Source: Aquificaceae bacterium
GTDB taxonomy: Bacteria > Aquificota > Aquificia > Aquificales > Aquificaceae
Direction: 5' to 3'
Length of the DNA: 64,000 nucleotides
Assembly: GCA_037924335.1 (NCBI GenBank)
Contig: JAXSMZ010000005.1
Coordinates: 1 to 64,000, forward strand
This document shows positions 23,496 to 33,439 of the stretch, piece after piece (positions within the stretch are counted from its first letter, which is position 1; the number at the start of each line of letters is the position of its first letter). The notes beneath the pieces are model-generated. The model had not been told where the DNA came from, did no database searches, and saw only the letters and a program-made list of their open reading frames with translations. Made by a program: the position numbers and the translations under genes.

Positions 23496-23932
23496 ACCTC
23501 TATGTTTGGGGAGTATTTTACAACTACCACTCGCATTACAGATAGAACAAGAAGGATAAGACTGAAAGATACAGCCCTTTCCAGATTTAGCTTTCCTGAA
23601 TACATGATCATTATCATCTCTCTTAGCATAAAGGAGATAGAAGCGTCTACAAGAAAGGTAAGCTTGACTCTTCTATACTCAAAGATGCTCAAAATTGCTC
23701 TTAAAAGCTCATATAGAATGATTACCTCAAGTACCTTTACAGTTACTTCCTTTATCACATACTGTGATGTAATGTTTCCTGAAGCTAAAAATTCTTTAAA
23801 AGCCAACAGAAGGCTAAAAGCGATCAAAAAGTACATGAATATTTCTACAGAGAGATGGAAGAAGCGTGAAGGTCTAATTTTATCTGCATACCTGTTCACC
23901 CACAAGACTGTAAACCTCCAATAACTTTTCAA
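23492..23932 (-). CDS. Phosphate-starvation-inducible PsiE family membrane protein (start uncertain)
   Basis: Four TM helices, IILYELLRAI..F, LVDASISFMLRE. Confidence 0.75.
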   Translation of the reverse strand: MKSYWRFTVLWVNRYADKIRPSRFFHLSVEIFMYFLIAFSLLLAFKEFLASGNITSQYVIKEVTVKVLEVIILYELLRAILSIFEYRRVKLTFLVDASISFMLREMIMIMYSGKLNLERAVSFSLILLVLSVMRVVVVKYSPNIEV

Positions 23933-24995
23933 AACACCTCTCCCATGAAAAGTTTTCCCTTATATAAGAGCTTACTTTTTCCCTCATGAAGAAGCTTTGG
24001 GCATTTGCTGCCTTCACAAGAGCGTCGTAAAAGCTCTCTGTATTCGGCCTTTTTACCAAAAAGTCCTTAAAGGGTTGAGTTTCCAAACCTAGGTCCGGTG
24101 CCACAAGCAGACATCCACACGCCTGAGCTTCCAAAAAGGAAAGCCCATAGGTTTCCGATGTGGATGCGGATATGTAGACATCACAACTTGCGTAGATTTT
24201 GGAAAGATCCTCTTCCTTTTGTATGTAACCCAAATAACTAACGTTGGGGCGCTTTTGGGCAAACTTCTCAACCCTTCCCCTGAGCGGTCCATCTCCAACT
24301 ATCAAAAAATGAAAAAAGGCAGGGTCCATGATGTCTATTACCTCAAGAAGTATGTCTATCCTCTTCTCCGGTGAGAGTCTCCCAGCGTATACTACCTTGA
24401 AGTTGTAATCCTTGATGCCAAGCATTCTGCCAAGGTAGTGGTCTCTTTTGGACGTGTTAAACACATTCGTATCAACTCCCAAGTTCACAGTTTGAACCTT
24501 TTCAAACCCGTTTTGTCTCAAAAACTCCTCCTGTCTTGTGGATGGTGTTATGATAAGGTTGGCAAGTGAAAGCCTTTTGGTGAGAGTAAAGTCAATGAGT
24601 TTCTCCTTTAGCTTTTCTGGAATGGGTAATAATGAAGCATCGGTTCTCACATCAGCATGGTAAAAGACTATGATCTTATACCTTTCTGACCTGAAGTGTG
24701 TTATGGGAATATAAGTTCCACCAAGCTCCACCACGTTAGGCTTTTCCATGTTAAGTATTTCTTTTATGTCTTTGAAGCTTCCAAAAAACCTGTAGCCACC
24801 GCTCATGGGTATGGGGAAGGATGGAATCTGATAAACCTTTGTGGACCCAATCCTGTAAACCTTTCTCTCTTTACCAGGTATGATAAGAACATGCTCTATG
24901 TCTTTACCATCCAAATACTTGACCTTCTCTAAGAGGTATCTTCTTATGCCACCGCTTTTACTGTGAAAGTATGGAGTTATATCAACGAGTTTCAT
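23880..24995 (-). CDS. GT4 family glycosyltransferase
   Basis: SGGIRRYL, YAGRLSPEK, ETYGLSFLEAQACG. Confidence 0.9.
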   Translation of the reverse strand: MKLVDITPYFHSKSGGIRRYLLEKVKYLDGKDIEHVLIIPGKERKVYRIGSTKVYQIPSFPIPMSGGYRFFGSFKDIKEILNMEKPNVVELGGTYIPITHFRSERYKIIVFYHADVRTDASLLPIPEKLKEKLIDFTLTKRLSLANLIITPSTRQEEFLRQNGFEKVQTVNLGVDTNVFNTSKRDHYLGRMLGIKDYNFKVVYAGRLSPEKRIDILLEVIDIMDPAFFHFLIVGDGPLRGRVEKFAQKRPNVSYLGYIQKEEDLSKIYASCDVYISASTSETYGLSFLEAQACGCLLVAPDLGLETQPFKDFLVKRPNTESFYDALVKAANAQSFFMREKVSSYIRENFSWERCFEKLLEVYSLVGEQVCR

Positions 24996-27228
24996 AGACA
25001 AGCCTCCCAAAGCCAGCTATGGCGTTCATATAGTCTATGTAAGTTTTTCTCATATCAAGCTCTTGAGCTTTCTTAAAAGCTTCAAAAGATATCCTTCTTC
25101 GCAAGTTATCGTCGAGGAAAAGTAGGGATACCTTGTTTACAAACTCCTCAGGCTTTGTGGCTATAAGACCGTTTACACCATCTTGAATGTGCTCATGAGC
25201 TCCACCCTTTGAACTCACTATAACGGGAAGCCCGCTTGCCATTGCTTCGAGAACTACCTGTGCGTATGTGTCTGTTTCTGATGGAAATAAGAATATGTGG
25301 GAGCTAGCGTAGGCCTTGGCTAACTCCTCTCCCTTCATGTAACCCACAAAATGTACGTTTTTTGGCTTTTTCCTTTCTAGCTCTTCCCTGTAAGGACCGT
25401 CACCTACTATCACAAAGTGTTCTTCTGGGAAAGCTCTTGCAACGTACATAAAGCTGTCCAATCCCTTCTCCTTTGCAACCCTCCCAACGTAAAGAATGAC
25501 CTTTGAATCCCTCCTTATACCGAGCCTGTTACCCCAAAAGTTCTCTTCCCTCTTGTAAGGGGAGAAGAGCTCAGCATCAACGCCTCGTCTAAAAAGGCTG
25601 AGTTTAGAGTAGGAGACACCTTTGTTTGAAAGCAGTTTTCTGTAATGTTCCGAAGGCACAAAACATCTGTCGCAGCTGTTCATAAGAAGTTCAAAGGCCT
25701 TCCATAGAAACTCCTCTAAGTTCTCGTCCCTTGTGTAACTCTTTGCATAGCTTGGAACGTCCGTATGGAAGGTAAAGGTTACCCTGAGGTTTAAGAGTTT
25801 CCCGGCAAGGAATGCCATGAGGCCTAGGGGTCCGGGTGATGCTATATGCAGGTTGGTAAAACCCTTTTTTTCTATAAAATCTACAAGCTCCAAGAAGGAA
25901 GGGACACCCATCCTAAGCTCTTCATAAAAAGGCACTGGTATGCGGAAGTTTGCTCTAAGGGATACAAGGTTTCCATCCTTGAACCCCTCCTCTGTACATA
26001 TGACAAAGGTATAAGGCATATCTTCCTCCTGAGCTATCTTTCTCATGATTTTAGCTGTTCGTGCAACACCGTTGATCTCCTCGTAAGTATCTGTAAAGTA
26101 GGCAACCTTCACAGGCTTTGCCGTATCTATGCCAAACTCCGCAGAAAGGGACCTTATCTTCTCCTCTTCTCTCCTTTGGGCGTGTTTTAAAAAGGCGGGC
26201 AGGATGTGGAGGATAAAAGATAGAACCACTTCTCCCACCCCTTGGAGGGATTGCCTTTGTACAAACCTTCTCAGAGAAAAGAAGGGTAAGTTATTTAGGA
26301 TGTTTTTCAAAAGTTCTTGCCTTTCACCGTTTACACCTAGGGCGTACTTTAGCATCATACCCACAGCAGGGTTGTCAGAGTACATGAAAATATAGTCAAG
26401 AAAAGGTCTAATTTCAAAAGGAATGGTATATCTGCTCTGTATGTGGTCGTATCCCACTTTAGCGACTATGTTGAGAATCCGTTCGTAGCCAAGCTTTTCT
26501 GTACCCGTATCAGTCTTCCCTTCCCAAAGTCCCATAAGGAAGCTCTGTACATCCTTTGCATCTTTTACAACAGTCCATGTTCTCCCCACATCCATTCCAC
26601 CATGGTCATCGGAACCTGCGGTAAAGCTTATCTTTGGTCTGCTCCTCAAAGTTCTTATCTTGTATTTTTCCTCCAACTGATTTATCTTCTCCCATCCATC
26701 GTACATGCGTGCTATTGACTCTTCTATGTGGCTTACACCGTTTCCCCTCGTCCCATTTATCACCTCCCAGTTATCAAAAAGCAGAATCATCTTTTCTGTA
26801 AGTCTCTTTGTAATCTTTGTCCCCTGTACTGAATAAAGTGGATGGGCAAGAGTATGGGGTATCTTGTACTGCTTTAGATAGCTTACAAACTCGTAAACGT
26901 TGCCCCTTAGTTTGGAAAGCTCCTCATGGTCCTTTTGGCTTATCCCGTAAGCTATAACGTGTACCATTGCAAGCTCTTCTGGAAACTCTACTGTGTACTC
27001 GCAGCTTATAAAAACATCTGGCAGATGAGCGATTTCCAGCACACCCTCTATGGTGTTGTGGTCTGTTATAGTCACAAAATCCATACCCCTCTCTTTCAGC
27101 CTCTTGTATATATCCATAGGATCGGCATAGCTTTCTGGACAACCTATTAGCTTGCTAAACCATCCACCCGGCAGGTTGGAAGCTTTGGAATGAAGGTGCA
27201 AGTCTGCTCTTGCTAAAAACTTCCTCAT
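24982..27228 (-). CDS. PHP-domain + GT4 glycosyltransferase fusion
   Basis: DLHLHS, TITDHN, AHP, AGSDDH; NGVART, YVGRVAKEK, DTYAQVVLEAMASG. Confidence 0.9.
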   Translation of the reverse strand: MRKFLARADLHLHSKASNLPGGWFSKLIGCPESYADPMDIYKRLKERGMDFVTITDHNTIEGVLEIAHLPDVFISCEYTVEFPEELAMVHVIAYGISQKDHEELSKLRGNVYEFVSYLKQYKIPHTLAHPLYSVQGTKITKRLTEKMILLFDNWEVINGTRGNGVSHIEESIARMYDGWEKINQLEEKYKIRTLRSRPKISFTAGSDDHGGMDVGRTWTVVKDAKDVQSFLMGLWEGKTDTGTEKLGYERILNIVAKVGYDHIQSRYTIPFEIRPFLDYIFMYSDNPAVGMMLKYALGVNGERQELLKNILNNLPFFSLRRFVQRQSLQGVGEVVLSFILHILPAFLKHAQRREEEKIRSLSAEFGIDTAKPVKVAYFTDTYEEINGVARTAKIMRKIAQEEDMPYTFVICTEEGFKDGNLVSLRANFRIPVPFYEELRMGVPSFLELVDFIEKKGFTNLHIASPGPLGLMAFLAGKLLNLRVTFTFHTDVPSYAKSYTRDENLEEFLWKAFELLMNSCDRCFVPSEHYRKLLSNKGVSYSKLSLFRRGVDAELFSPYKREENFWGNRLGIRRDSKVILYVGRVAKEKGLDSFMYVARAFPEEHFVIVGDGPYREELERKKPKNVHFVGYMKGEELAKAYASSHIFLFPSETDTYAQVVLEAMASGLPVIVSSKGGAHEHIQDGVNGLIATKPEEFVNKVSLLFLDDNLRRRISFEAFKKAQELDMRKTYIDYMNAIAGFGRLVYETR

Positions 27229-27901
27229 AGCTTATTAACCTCCTTTGCTTTTTTGCTTTTGTGAGTATAAGCCTCCACAGCTTTACCTTTCTTGGGTCTT
27301 TGAAGTCTCTTGCATGAAGAGCAAAGCGAACAAGCTGCTTTCTCTCCAGAAGGCGTGAATAGAAAGCAACAAAGAACAAGCTCATGAAGGAAAGGATCTT
27401 TCTGTTGCTAAAGGTGATGCTATAAGATGGTATAACATCATCCGTTAAAAGGTCCTTGAAATAATTTCTGTATGCTACTCCCACAAACCCAAAGGAAAAC
27501 AGGACATCTTCTAGAAACTTGTTTCCTAACCAGGCAGGCGGAACAAAAAACTTCACTTCAATGTTCAAGCTGTGCATAACCTCAAGTGACTTTTCAACCT
27601 TTCTGTAGGTTTCTAAAAGGCTAGCCTTTTCAAACTCCCCCTCCCCATAGGTCCACAGAATGTTTGATAAGCTCTTTCTTCCTTTGTGGCTGTAACCGTG
27701 CAAAACTATCTCTCTCTTTAAAGACCTAAGGAGTTCTGCAAAGCTGTCCCTCTTGTAAAGGGGGAAAGCATCCCAAAAGTTGGGCACAACGAGGAGAGAG
27801 TACTTCTCTATCCTCAATCTCTCCAAAAGCTCAATGGCATAAACTACTTCATCGTAGTAAAAAGGGCTAACATCGTGTACTTCTATCAATCCCAGCTTCA
27901 T
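27155..27901 (-). CDS. DUF2334 / polysaccharide deacetylase-like protein
   Basis: EVHDVSP, LHGYSH, EGEF, FVPPAW, RFALH. Confidence 0.8.
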   Translation of the reverse strand: MKLGLIEVHDVSPFYYDEVVYAIELLERLRIEKYSLLVVPNFWDAFPLYKRDSFAELLRSLKREIVLHGYSHKGRKSLSNILWTYGEGEFEKASLLETYRKVEKSLEVMHSLNIEVKFFVPPAWLGNKFLEDVLFSFGFVGVAYRNYFKDLLTDDVIPSYSITFSNRKILSFMSLFFVAFYSRLLERKQLVRFALHARDFKDPRKVKLWRLILTKAKKQRRLISYEEVFSKSRLAPSFQSFQPAGWMV

Positions 27902-27924
27902 ACCAAAAAGGATAGGTACGTTGC

Positions 27925-27963
27925 CTTAATTTTTTATTAAGATTCAGTTAAGAAAGTGTTAAC
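27925..27963 (-). promoter_or_regulatory. Four TTAA repeats at 11-bp period (Pho-box-like array)
   Basis: TTAA at 27926, 27937, 27948, 27959; minus strand GTTAAC-N5-CTTAAC-N5-CTTAAT-N5-ATTAAG, 10 bp, TATCCT, 7 bp, ATG. Confidence 0.7.
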
Positions 27964-28070
27964 ATGCTTGTCTGCTATAATTCGAGAGATAGACTATAGT
28001 CCCAGCTTATGAGGAGATGTTCATATGCTAAAAGACTTTTAGTGGGGAGACCCCAAGAGGGCATTCTACA

Positions 28071-28619
28071 TTACCAGTACCTTACCCTTCCAGTGTCTAT
28101 GTGAACAAACTGTGAGTTAGGATAGTACCCAACACCACCAGCCTTTAGCGACGCTGCAGTATCCCTTAGAAGAGAAAGCGGCACATTTGGTATTCTTATG
28201 TCAATTGCCTTACCTTCCATATGAAGGCTGTGTTTTGCAACACCTCTTCCCTCTCTCCTCAGCATGTAGTTGGTCTCTGGGGACCTGTATCCAGAGATGA
28301 TATGAATGGGTTCATCAGTTTCAAGTTTTTTTGTTATCAGAAAAAGTACATCAAAGATATTCATGTCTATAGGTTTTACCTCATCGGTTCTAAAGTCCCT
28401 AAGTATGTAAAAGATCTCCTTCATGGATGATTCTACGTACTTACCTTCTAACCAGTAGGTTGTCTTAAGAGATTCACCAGTGTGGATGTTATAAAACTTC
28501 AAACTTCTTTCAGGAAAAGGTGGTAGAGACAAGGTCAATTTAGCAAAGGCAATGGGGGAATAAACAAAAAGGGAGCTAAAAATTCCAGCATAGCCCATAA
28601 ACTTTCTTCTGCTTACCAT
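28071..28619 (-). CDS. YcbK/DUF882 (MepK-like M15 peptidase), Tat signal
   Basis: SRRKF twin-Arg, NIHTGE, ISGYRSP, SLHMEGKAID, FVHIDTG. Confidence 0.9.
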   Translation of the reverse strand: MVSRRKFMGYAGIFSSLFVYSPIAFAKLTLSLPPFPERSLKFYNIHTGESLKTTYWLEGKYVESSMKEIFYILRDFRTDEVKPIDMNIFDVLFLITKKLETDEPIHIISGYRSPETNYMLRREGRGVAKHSLHMEGKAIDIRIPNVPLSLLRDTAASLKAGGVGYYPNSQFVHIDTGRVRYW

Positions 28620-30127
28620 CTTACCTTCCTCCTTTCAAAATCTTTTGCAATAATTCTATCATACCCGTACAGGTCATCCCATAGGTAAAGTCGGGAGTTT
28701 CTTACAAAAGCTGTAAAGTAAAGCACATATATGGGCATGGGTCTTTTTAGCTTTATGTGCCTTGTTTCACCGCTCTCTATTGCAGACCTTAGTTCTTCAC
28801 TGTTCATATTCAAAAGGTAAGACGCAAGCTCAAAGGCCTTTTCAACTCTTATACATCCAGAGCTAAAGGCTCTTTTTTCAAATTTAAAAAGCCCCCTGTG
28901 TGGTGTGTCGTGCAGGTATACGCCGAAAGGATTTGGAAAAGAAAACTTAATCCTACCAAGTGCATTTTTTTCTCCTGGGTTCTGCACCAATCTGAAATTG
29001 AAGTTCTCAGGTTTTACAGAGTTCCAGTTTATGGTAAGTGGGTTTATTTCCCTCTGTCCCAAGTAAACCTTCATATCCTCCTTTATAATGTAGTAAGGAT
29101 CCTTCTTTATCTTTGGAAGAAGGTCTTCAACAGCTATCATCTTTGGCACGTACCAGTAAGGGTTAAGCGTTATCTGGTCTATTTTACTGTAAAGCATGGG
29201 TGTCGGTCTGTATGCTTTTTCATAGAACTTCCCAACTATCACTGGCGAATGAATGATAACCTTTTCATCCTTGATGAGATAAAGGTCAAAGGATGGTATG
29301 TTCACTAGTATGAAAGGGTTTTCAGTTTTTTGTGGCAGCCATCTAAACTTCTCAAGGTTTAGCTTTATCTGCAGTATTCGGTCTTCAACCGGCACGTTTA
29401 ACTCTTTAAGCGTCGCTCTCCCAACTATACCATCCTCTTTTAATCCATGCCTTTCCTGAAAAGCTTTAACTGCCTTCTCCAGACCTTCATCAAAAACATC
29501 TGAAGCGTCACAGCTTTTTAGGTCACCCGTAATGCAGAGCCTCTTTCTAAGAGAAACTACAGAATCATCTTTTACCCCAAGCTTGAGAGTCTTCTTAGCC
29601 TCTATCCTCTGCCATCCTCCCATCTTTTCTATCCTGTAGTACTCCTTAAGGTAATCTCTTAGATTAGAGTAACCTTCGTACTTGGGTCTGAGTTCATCGA
29701 GTAGGCTCTCTATCCTGTCTTCTCTTATTATCTCCATCAAAATCTGTAATACTCTATCCTCCTTTTTCGGTATGCTCCATCTTCTGTAAAACCTTGCTGG
29801 GTCAATCTTTCCGTAATAAAGGTCGTAAGACAAACTTATAAGACGGTCTGTTATAGTTAGATCATTCTTTATAGGGTCATCGGACAAAGTAAATTCATAG
29901 TCTTCTGGGTTCAACCCATCAAACCTTGATTCTTCTATTAATCTTTTAATTCTCTCCGAAGATGAAAAGGTGGGAGCTTTTATCCATATGGGATGGAAAT
30001 TGTTAAGCTCATAAAGGGCCTTTACTTTTTCGTAGTTGTATAGAATGTTTCTATACTTTAGCAAAATGGTAGGGCTCAGTTCTTCCGGAAAAGCATAGCT
30101 GAAAAGAAGAAGTAATACAAGGATCAT
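28613..30127 (-). CDS. L,D-transpeptidase, YcbB/LdtD family
   Basis: PG-binding AVKAFQERHGL, VNIPSF, YLHDTP, SSGCIRV. Confidence 0.92.
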   Translation of the reverse strand: MILVLLLLFSYAFPEELSPTILLKYRNILYNYEKVKALYELNNFHPIWIKAPTFSSSERIKRLIEESRFDGLNPEDYEFTLSDDPIKNDLTITDRLISLSYDLYYGKIDPARFYRRWSIPKKEDRVLQILMEIIREDRIESLLDELRPKYEGYSNLRDYLKEYYRIEKMGGWQRIEAKKTLKLGVKDDSVVSLRKRLCITGDLKSCDASDVFDEGLEKAVKAFQERHGLKEDGIVGRATLKELNVPVEDRILQIKLNLEKFRWLPQKTENPFILVNIPSFDLYLIKDEKVIIHSPVIVGKFYEKAYRPTPMLYSKIDQITLNPYWYVPKMIAVEDLLPKIKKDPYYIIKEDMKVYLGQREINPLTINWNSVKPENFNFRLVQNPGEKNALGRIKFSFPNPFGVYLHDTPHRGLFKFEKRAFSSGCIRVEKAFELASYLLNMNSEELRSAIESGETRHIKLKRPMPIYVLYFTAFVRNSRLYLWDDLYGYDRIIAKDFERRKVRW

Positions 30128-31749
30128 AGAGAATCTTCCTCTACCAGCTCTTCCAAGCTCTTCAAAAGGTCCTTTCTGAACTCTTCTTTGAACTTATGAG
30201 ACCAGAAGGCTACTTTAAGGGTGTTTTCCTCTAACCTCATCCAAACTTTCCTGTGCACTGTGTAGAAAGCCAACAGCATACCAACAACTATGAGCAATGA
30301 GCCAAGCCATACTATAGATGTTCCTGGCTGTTTTGATACTTGAAAGCCGCTAAAAAATCTGGGACTGAAGTCTGACATAAAGAAAACATAGGGGAAATCT
30401 TTAAGCTCTTTCATTTGAGTATAGGCCAAAAGCGTTAACTCTGGAGAGTAAACAACAGGTACATTGTAAGGCTTCCTTTCTAAGAGCACTTTTATCATCA
30501 CCGCCGGTTTTAGGTCTCCGCTCATACCAGCCTGTTCGTTTTCAATGTTCAAAGTGGACCTATCTATAGAAAGGAGCATGTTTTGGAACTCTGCAATCTT
30601 ACCAGCCTCTAGCCTTACCTCTCCAAGGATAGCCTTTTGGGGTTCTTTGGTTACCTTCCTTCTGTCAATTACAACAAGCTTTACCTCTCCAGCCTCACCA
30701 GTCAATCCATAGCTGGCTTGAAATACTCTGTACACACCGAAGTTAAAGGGTGAGTTCACAGCCACTACTCCTGAAGATACAACTCTTCCATCTTTTATGA
30801 CCTTTATACTGCTTTCATAACTTGCAGTTGCATCCTCAAAGGGTGTTTTGATGTTTCTCCCTTTCCTTTTGGCCTCTTCTCCGTAAGTCACTATCCTAAA
30901 GCTCTCCAGCTCCACTTGAAAGGGGAGCCTGACCTCTTTTCCCTTTGATGGTATGATGAGAATATCGCTCTTTGAACCTTCTGGCACTATAAGCGTTCCT
31001 CTCATACCAAACATTGCATCTATTAAAGCACCAGCCATCACAACTAAAAGTCCCAAATGCACTACATAAACACCAAGCCTTGAGTATCTTCCCCTTTCTG
31101 CATAGAAGTAAACCTTTTTCCCTTCCTCCTTCAAAAAGGTGCTAAAACCCATTCTTTTGAGAAAAGCCAGAACCTTTTCCTTTGAAGGGTTTACTCTAAT
31201 GGTCAAGGGCTTCATGTGCCTTTCCATATGTTCATCAAGCCTTTGAAACCTTTCACGCGTGAATGTATGCACCCAGATTCTTGGAAGTCTTTTGATGGAA
31301 CATACAGAAAGATTAATAGCAAGGAGTACTATAAGGGCTATGTAGTACCAAGAGTGAAAAACGTCCGTAAGCCAGAGCTTCCAAAACCATAAACCCAAAT
31401 CAACACTGTACCTATCAAGGTAGAAGGTTATGGGCTGGTTCTGTTGTATATAAGTAGAGCCAAGCATGGAGAGTGTACCCAGAGCGAGCATGAGGAATAT
31501 GGCTAACTTTAAAGATGAAAAAAAGTCATAAAGAAAGGCGAATGGGTCTTTATGCTTTCTGTAATCTTCCACTATACCCCTTATTGTAACTATTGCAAAG
31601 CTTGCTACAGAGAGAAAAAAGAAAAGCCCGCTTATTCCAAGCAGTGTATAGTAAAGCCATCCCCTTTCCTCAAGGTAGAAAAGACCGTATATGAGAGCTC
31701 CCACAAAAAGCAAAGAAGAGCCTATCAAAAAAGCATAACTTTTAAACAT
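30124..31749 (-). CDS. Cytochrome c biogenesis protein ResB/Ccs1 (system II)
   Basis: SSLKLAI, GSTYIQQ, DVFHSW, CSIKR, YVVHLG, VNSP, QASY. Confidence 0.88.
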   Translation of the reverse strand: MFKSYAFLIGSSLLFVGALIYGLFYLEERGWLYYTLLGISGLFFFLSVASFAIVTIRGIVEDYRKHKDPFAFLYDFFSSLKLAIFLMLALGTLSMLGSTYIQQNQPITFYLDRYSVDLGLWFWKLWLTDVFHSWYYIALIVLLAINLSVCSIKRLPRIWVHTFTRERFQRLDEHMERHMKPLTIRVNPSKEKVLAFLKRMGFSTFLKEEGKKVYFYAERGRYSRLGVYVVHLGLLVVMAGALIDAMFGMRGTLIVPEGSKSDILIIPSKGKEVRLPFQVELESFRIVTYGEEAKRKGRNIKTPFEDATASYESSIKVIKDGRVVSSGVVAVNSPFNFGVYRVFQASYGLTGEAGEVKLVVIDRRKVTKEPQKAILGEVRLEAGKIAEFQNMLLSIDRSTLNIENEQAGMSGDLKPAVMIKVLLERKPYNVPVVYSPELTLLAYTQMKELKDFPYVFFMSDFSPRFFSGFQVSKQPGTSIVWLGSLLIVVGMLLAFYTVHRKVWMRLEENTLKVAFWSHKFKEEFRKDLLKSLEELVEEDSL

Positions 31750-31766
31750 GACATATAAGTATAAAC

Positions 31767-32036
31767 TTATTGATGCACATCTTCTATTTGCATATCCTCA
31801 GAGCTTACTTCTTCAAGGATAAACACACCTGGTATATGTTTGCTTATGTTCTCCACTATCTGAAAAAGGTCTTGGTAAGTGTCTGGTGTGGCGATAAGAT
31901 AAACTTTGTCCCTATCCCCTTCCTTCGACCTCACTATGGCTTTCCTGCCGGAGCCATCCACAAGAGCGGTAAAAAGCCCAACAAACTTACGCGGTACTTT
32001 CACCAGAAGCACTCTCGCCCTTATTGGTTTTTTCAT
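31767..32036 (-). CDS. DUF4911-like small protein
   Basis: ATG ORF downstream of dnaX; alpha/beta pattern. Confidence 0.55.
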   Translation of the reverse strand: MKKPIRARVLLVKVPRKFVGLFTALVDGSGRKAIVRSKEGDRDKVYLIATPDTYQDLFQIVENISKHIPGVFILEEVSSEDMQIEDVHQ

Positions 32037-33438
32037 GCTTTATAACCTTACCTTCAAAAAGGTCTTTGACTTTCTTGGAAAACTCTGGCATGTCTTCCTT
32101 TTCAGACTTTGAAGCAATTACGTCAAACTCTACCATGGGAAAGTTGGCCTTTATCTTATCCACATCAAGGGTCCTAAGGTCGCTCTCACTAACACTAAAG
32201 ATTATCTTGCCACTCTCCTCCCTACTGCTTTTTCTCTTTAGCACCTCAGCCTGAAGAACACCAAAAGTAGACTCAATTTTCTTCAGAAGCTCTTCCTTAT
32301 AAGCTCTGTTTACCTCTTGTTCAGAGGAAAGACTCCCAACGTTCAGAAGTGACCTTACGGGAAGTATGTCTTTAACGATGAGGGTTTTTACCAGGGAAAG
32401 CTCACATGCTCTTAAGAAATCCCTTGTTCTGGCATCAACCCTGACCATGTTTATAACCTTTTCTAAGTAAAGCAAAGCTTCTAAGGGAACATTACTCATA
32501 CTTTTATGGAAATCTTCAACTTTTATGACCCTTTCGGGCTTTTTTAAGCTACGCATCAGTATAAGAGACCTTATCTCTTCCTCCAGGGTATCCCAGAACC
32601 TAACCAGATTGAACCCCTTTTCTCCCATTTCCCTCAGGGACCTTATAGCATTGTCAACGTCGGATATCAGCAATGTTCTTAGAAATTCTCTGACCTTCTC
32701 CTGTGACGGTATTCCAAGAAACTCTTCAAGATGCTGTTCCTTTACCTTACCTTCCCCGTAGGTGTTTATCTGGTCAAGCATAGAAACAGCATCCCTCATA
32801 GCTCCATCGCTCATCTTGGCTATTGTGTAAAGGCTTCTCTCCTCGTATTCTATTCCTTCCTTCTCGCATATGCTTTTTAGGTATTGAAGCATCTCCTCTT
32901 CCCTTAGTTTTGAGAATATGAACCTTTGACATCTTGAAAGTATGGTTGGTATAATCTTCTCGTACTCTGTAGTACACAGAATAAACACGCTCCTTGGTGG
33001 CGGTTCTTCCAAGGTTTTCAAGAGAGCATTGAAAGCTTCTTTAGTGAGCATGTGGGCCTCGTCAAAGACGTAAACCTTATACCTTCCCTTTATGGGCGTA
33101 TAAGAAACGGCATCCCTTATAGTTCTTATATCATCTATACCACGGCTTGATGCGGCATCTATCTCTATAAGGTCTGGAAAACTTCCTTTATCTATGGATA
33201 GGCAATTTTCACAGAGCCCGCATGGCTCACCATCCTCTTTTATGTTTAAACAGTTTAGGGATTTGGTTAAGAGCCTTGCAACGGTAGTTTTTCCAGTCCC
33301 CCTTGGACCAGCAAACATGTATGCCGATGAAACTTTACCCAGCTTAACAGCATTCAAAAGGACCCTTTTTACTGCTTCCTGTCCAACAAGGTCCTTGAAA
33401 AATTTTGGTCTATATTTCCTCGCAAAGGGTATGTACAT
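31987..33438 (-). CDS. dnaX: DNA polymerase III subunit gamma/tau
   Basis: ARKYRP, GPRGTGKT, Zn Cys cluster, DEAHML, LSRC. Confidence 0.96.
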   Translation of the reverse strand: MYIPFARKYRPKFFKDLVGQEAVKRVLLNAVKLGKVSSAYMFAGPRGTGKTTVARLLTKSLNCLNIKEDGEPCGLCENCLSIDKGSFPDLIEIDAASSRGIDDIRTIRDAVSYTPIKGRYKVYVFDEAHMLTKEAFNALLKTLEEPPPRSVFILCTTEYEKIIPTILSRCQRFIFSKLREEEMLQYLKSICEKEGIEYEERSLYTIAKMSDGAMRDAVSMLDQINTYGEGKVKEQHLEEFLGIPSQEKVREFLRTLLISDVDNAIRSLREMGEKGFNLVRFWDTLEEEIRSLILMRSLKKPERVIKVEDFHKSMSNVPLEALLYLEKVINMVRVDARTRDFLRACELSLVKTLIVKDILPVRSLLNVGSLSSEQEVNRAYKEELLKKIESTFGVLQAEVLKRKSSREESGKIIFSVSESDLRTLDVDKIKANFPMVEFDVIASKSEKEDMPEFSKKVKDLFEGKVIKHEKTNKGESASGESTA

Positions 33439-33439
33439 A

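Noticed and set aside
27964..28070. Intergenic stretch as possible sRNA/riboswitch
   Set aside because: Contains a TATAAT and a GAGGAG but no convincing structure or family motif that I can support
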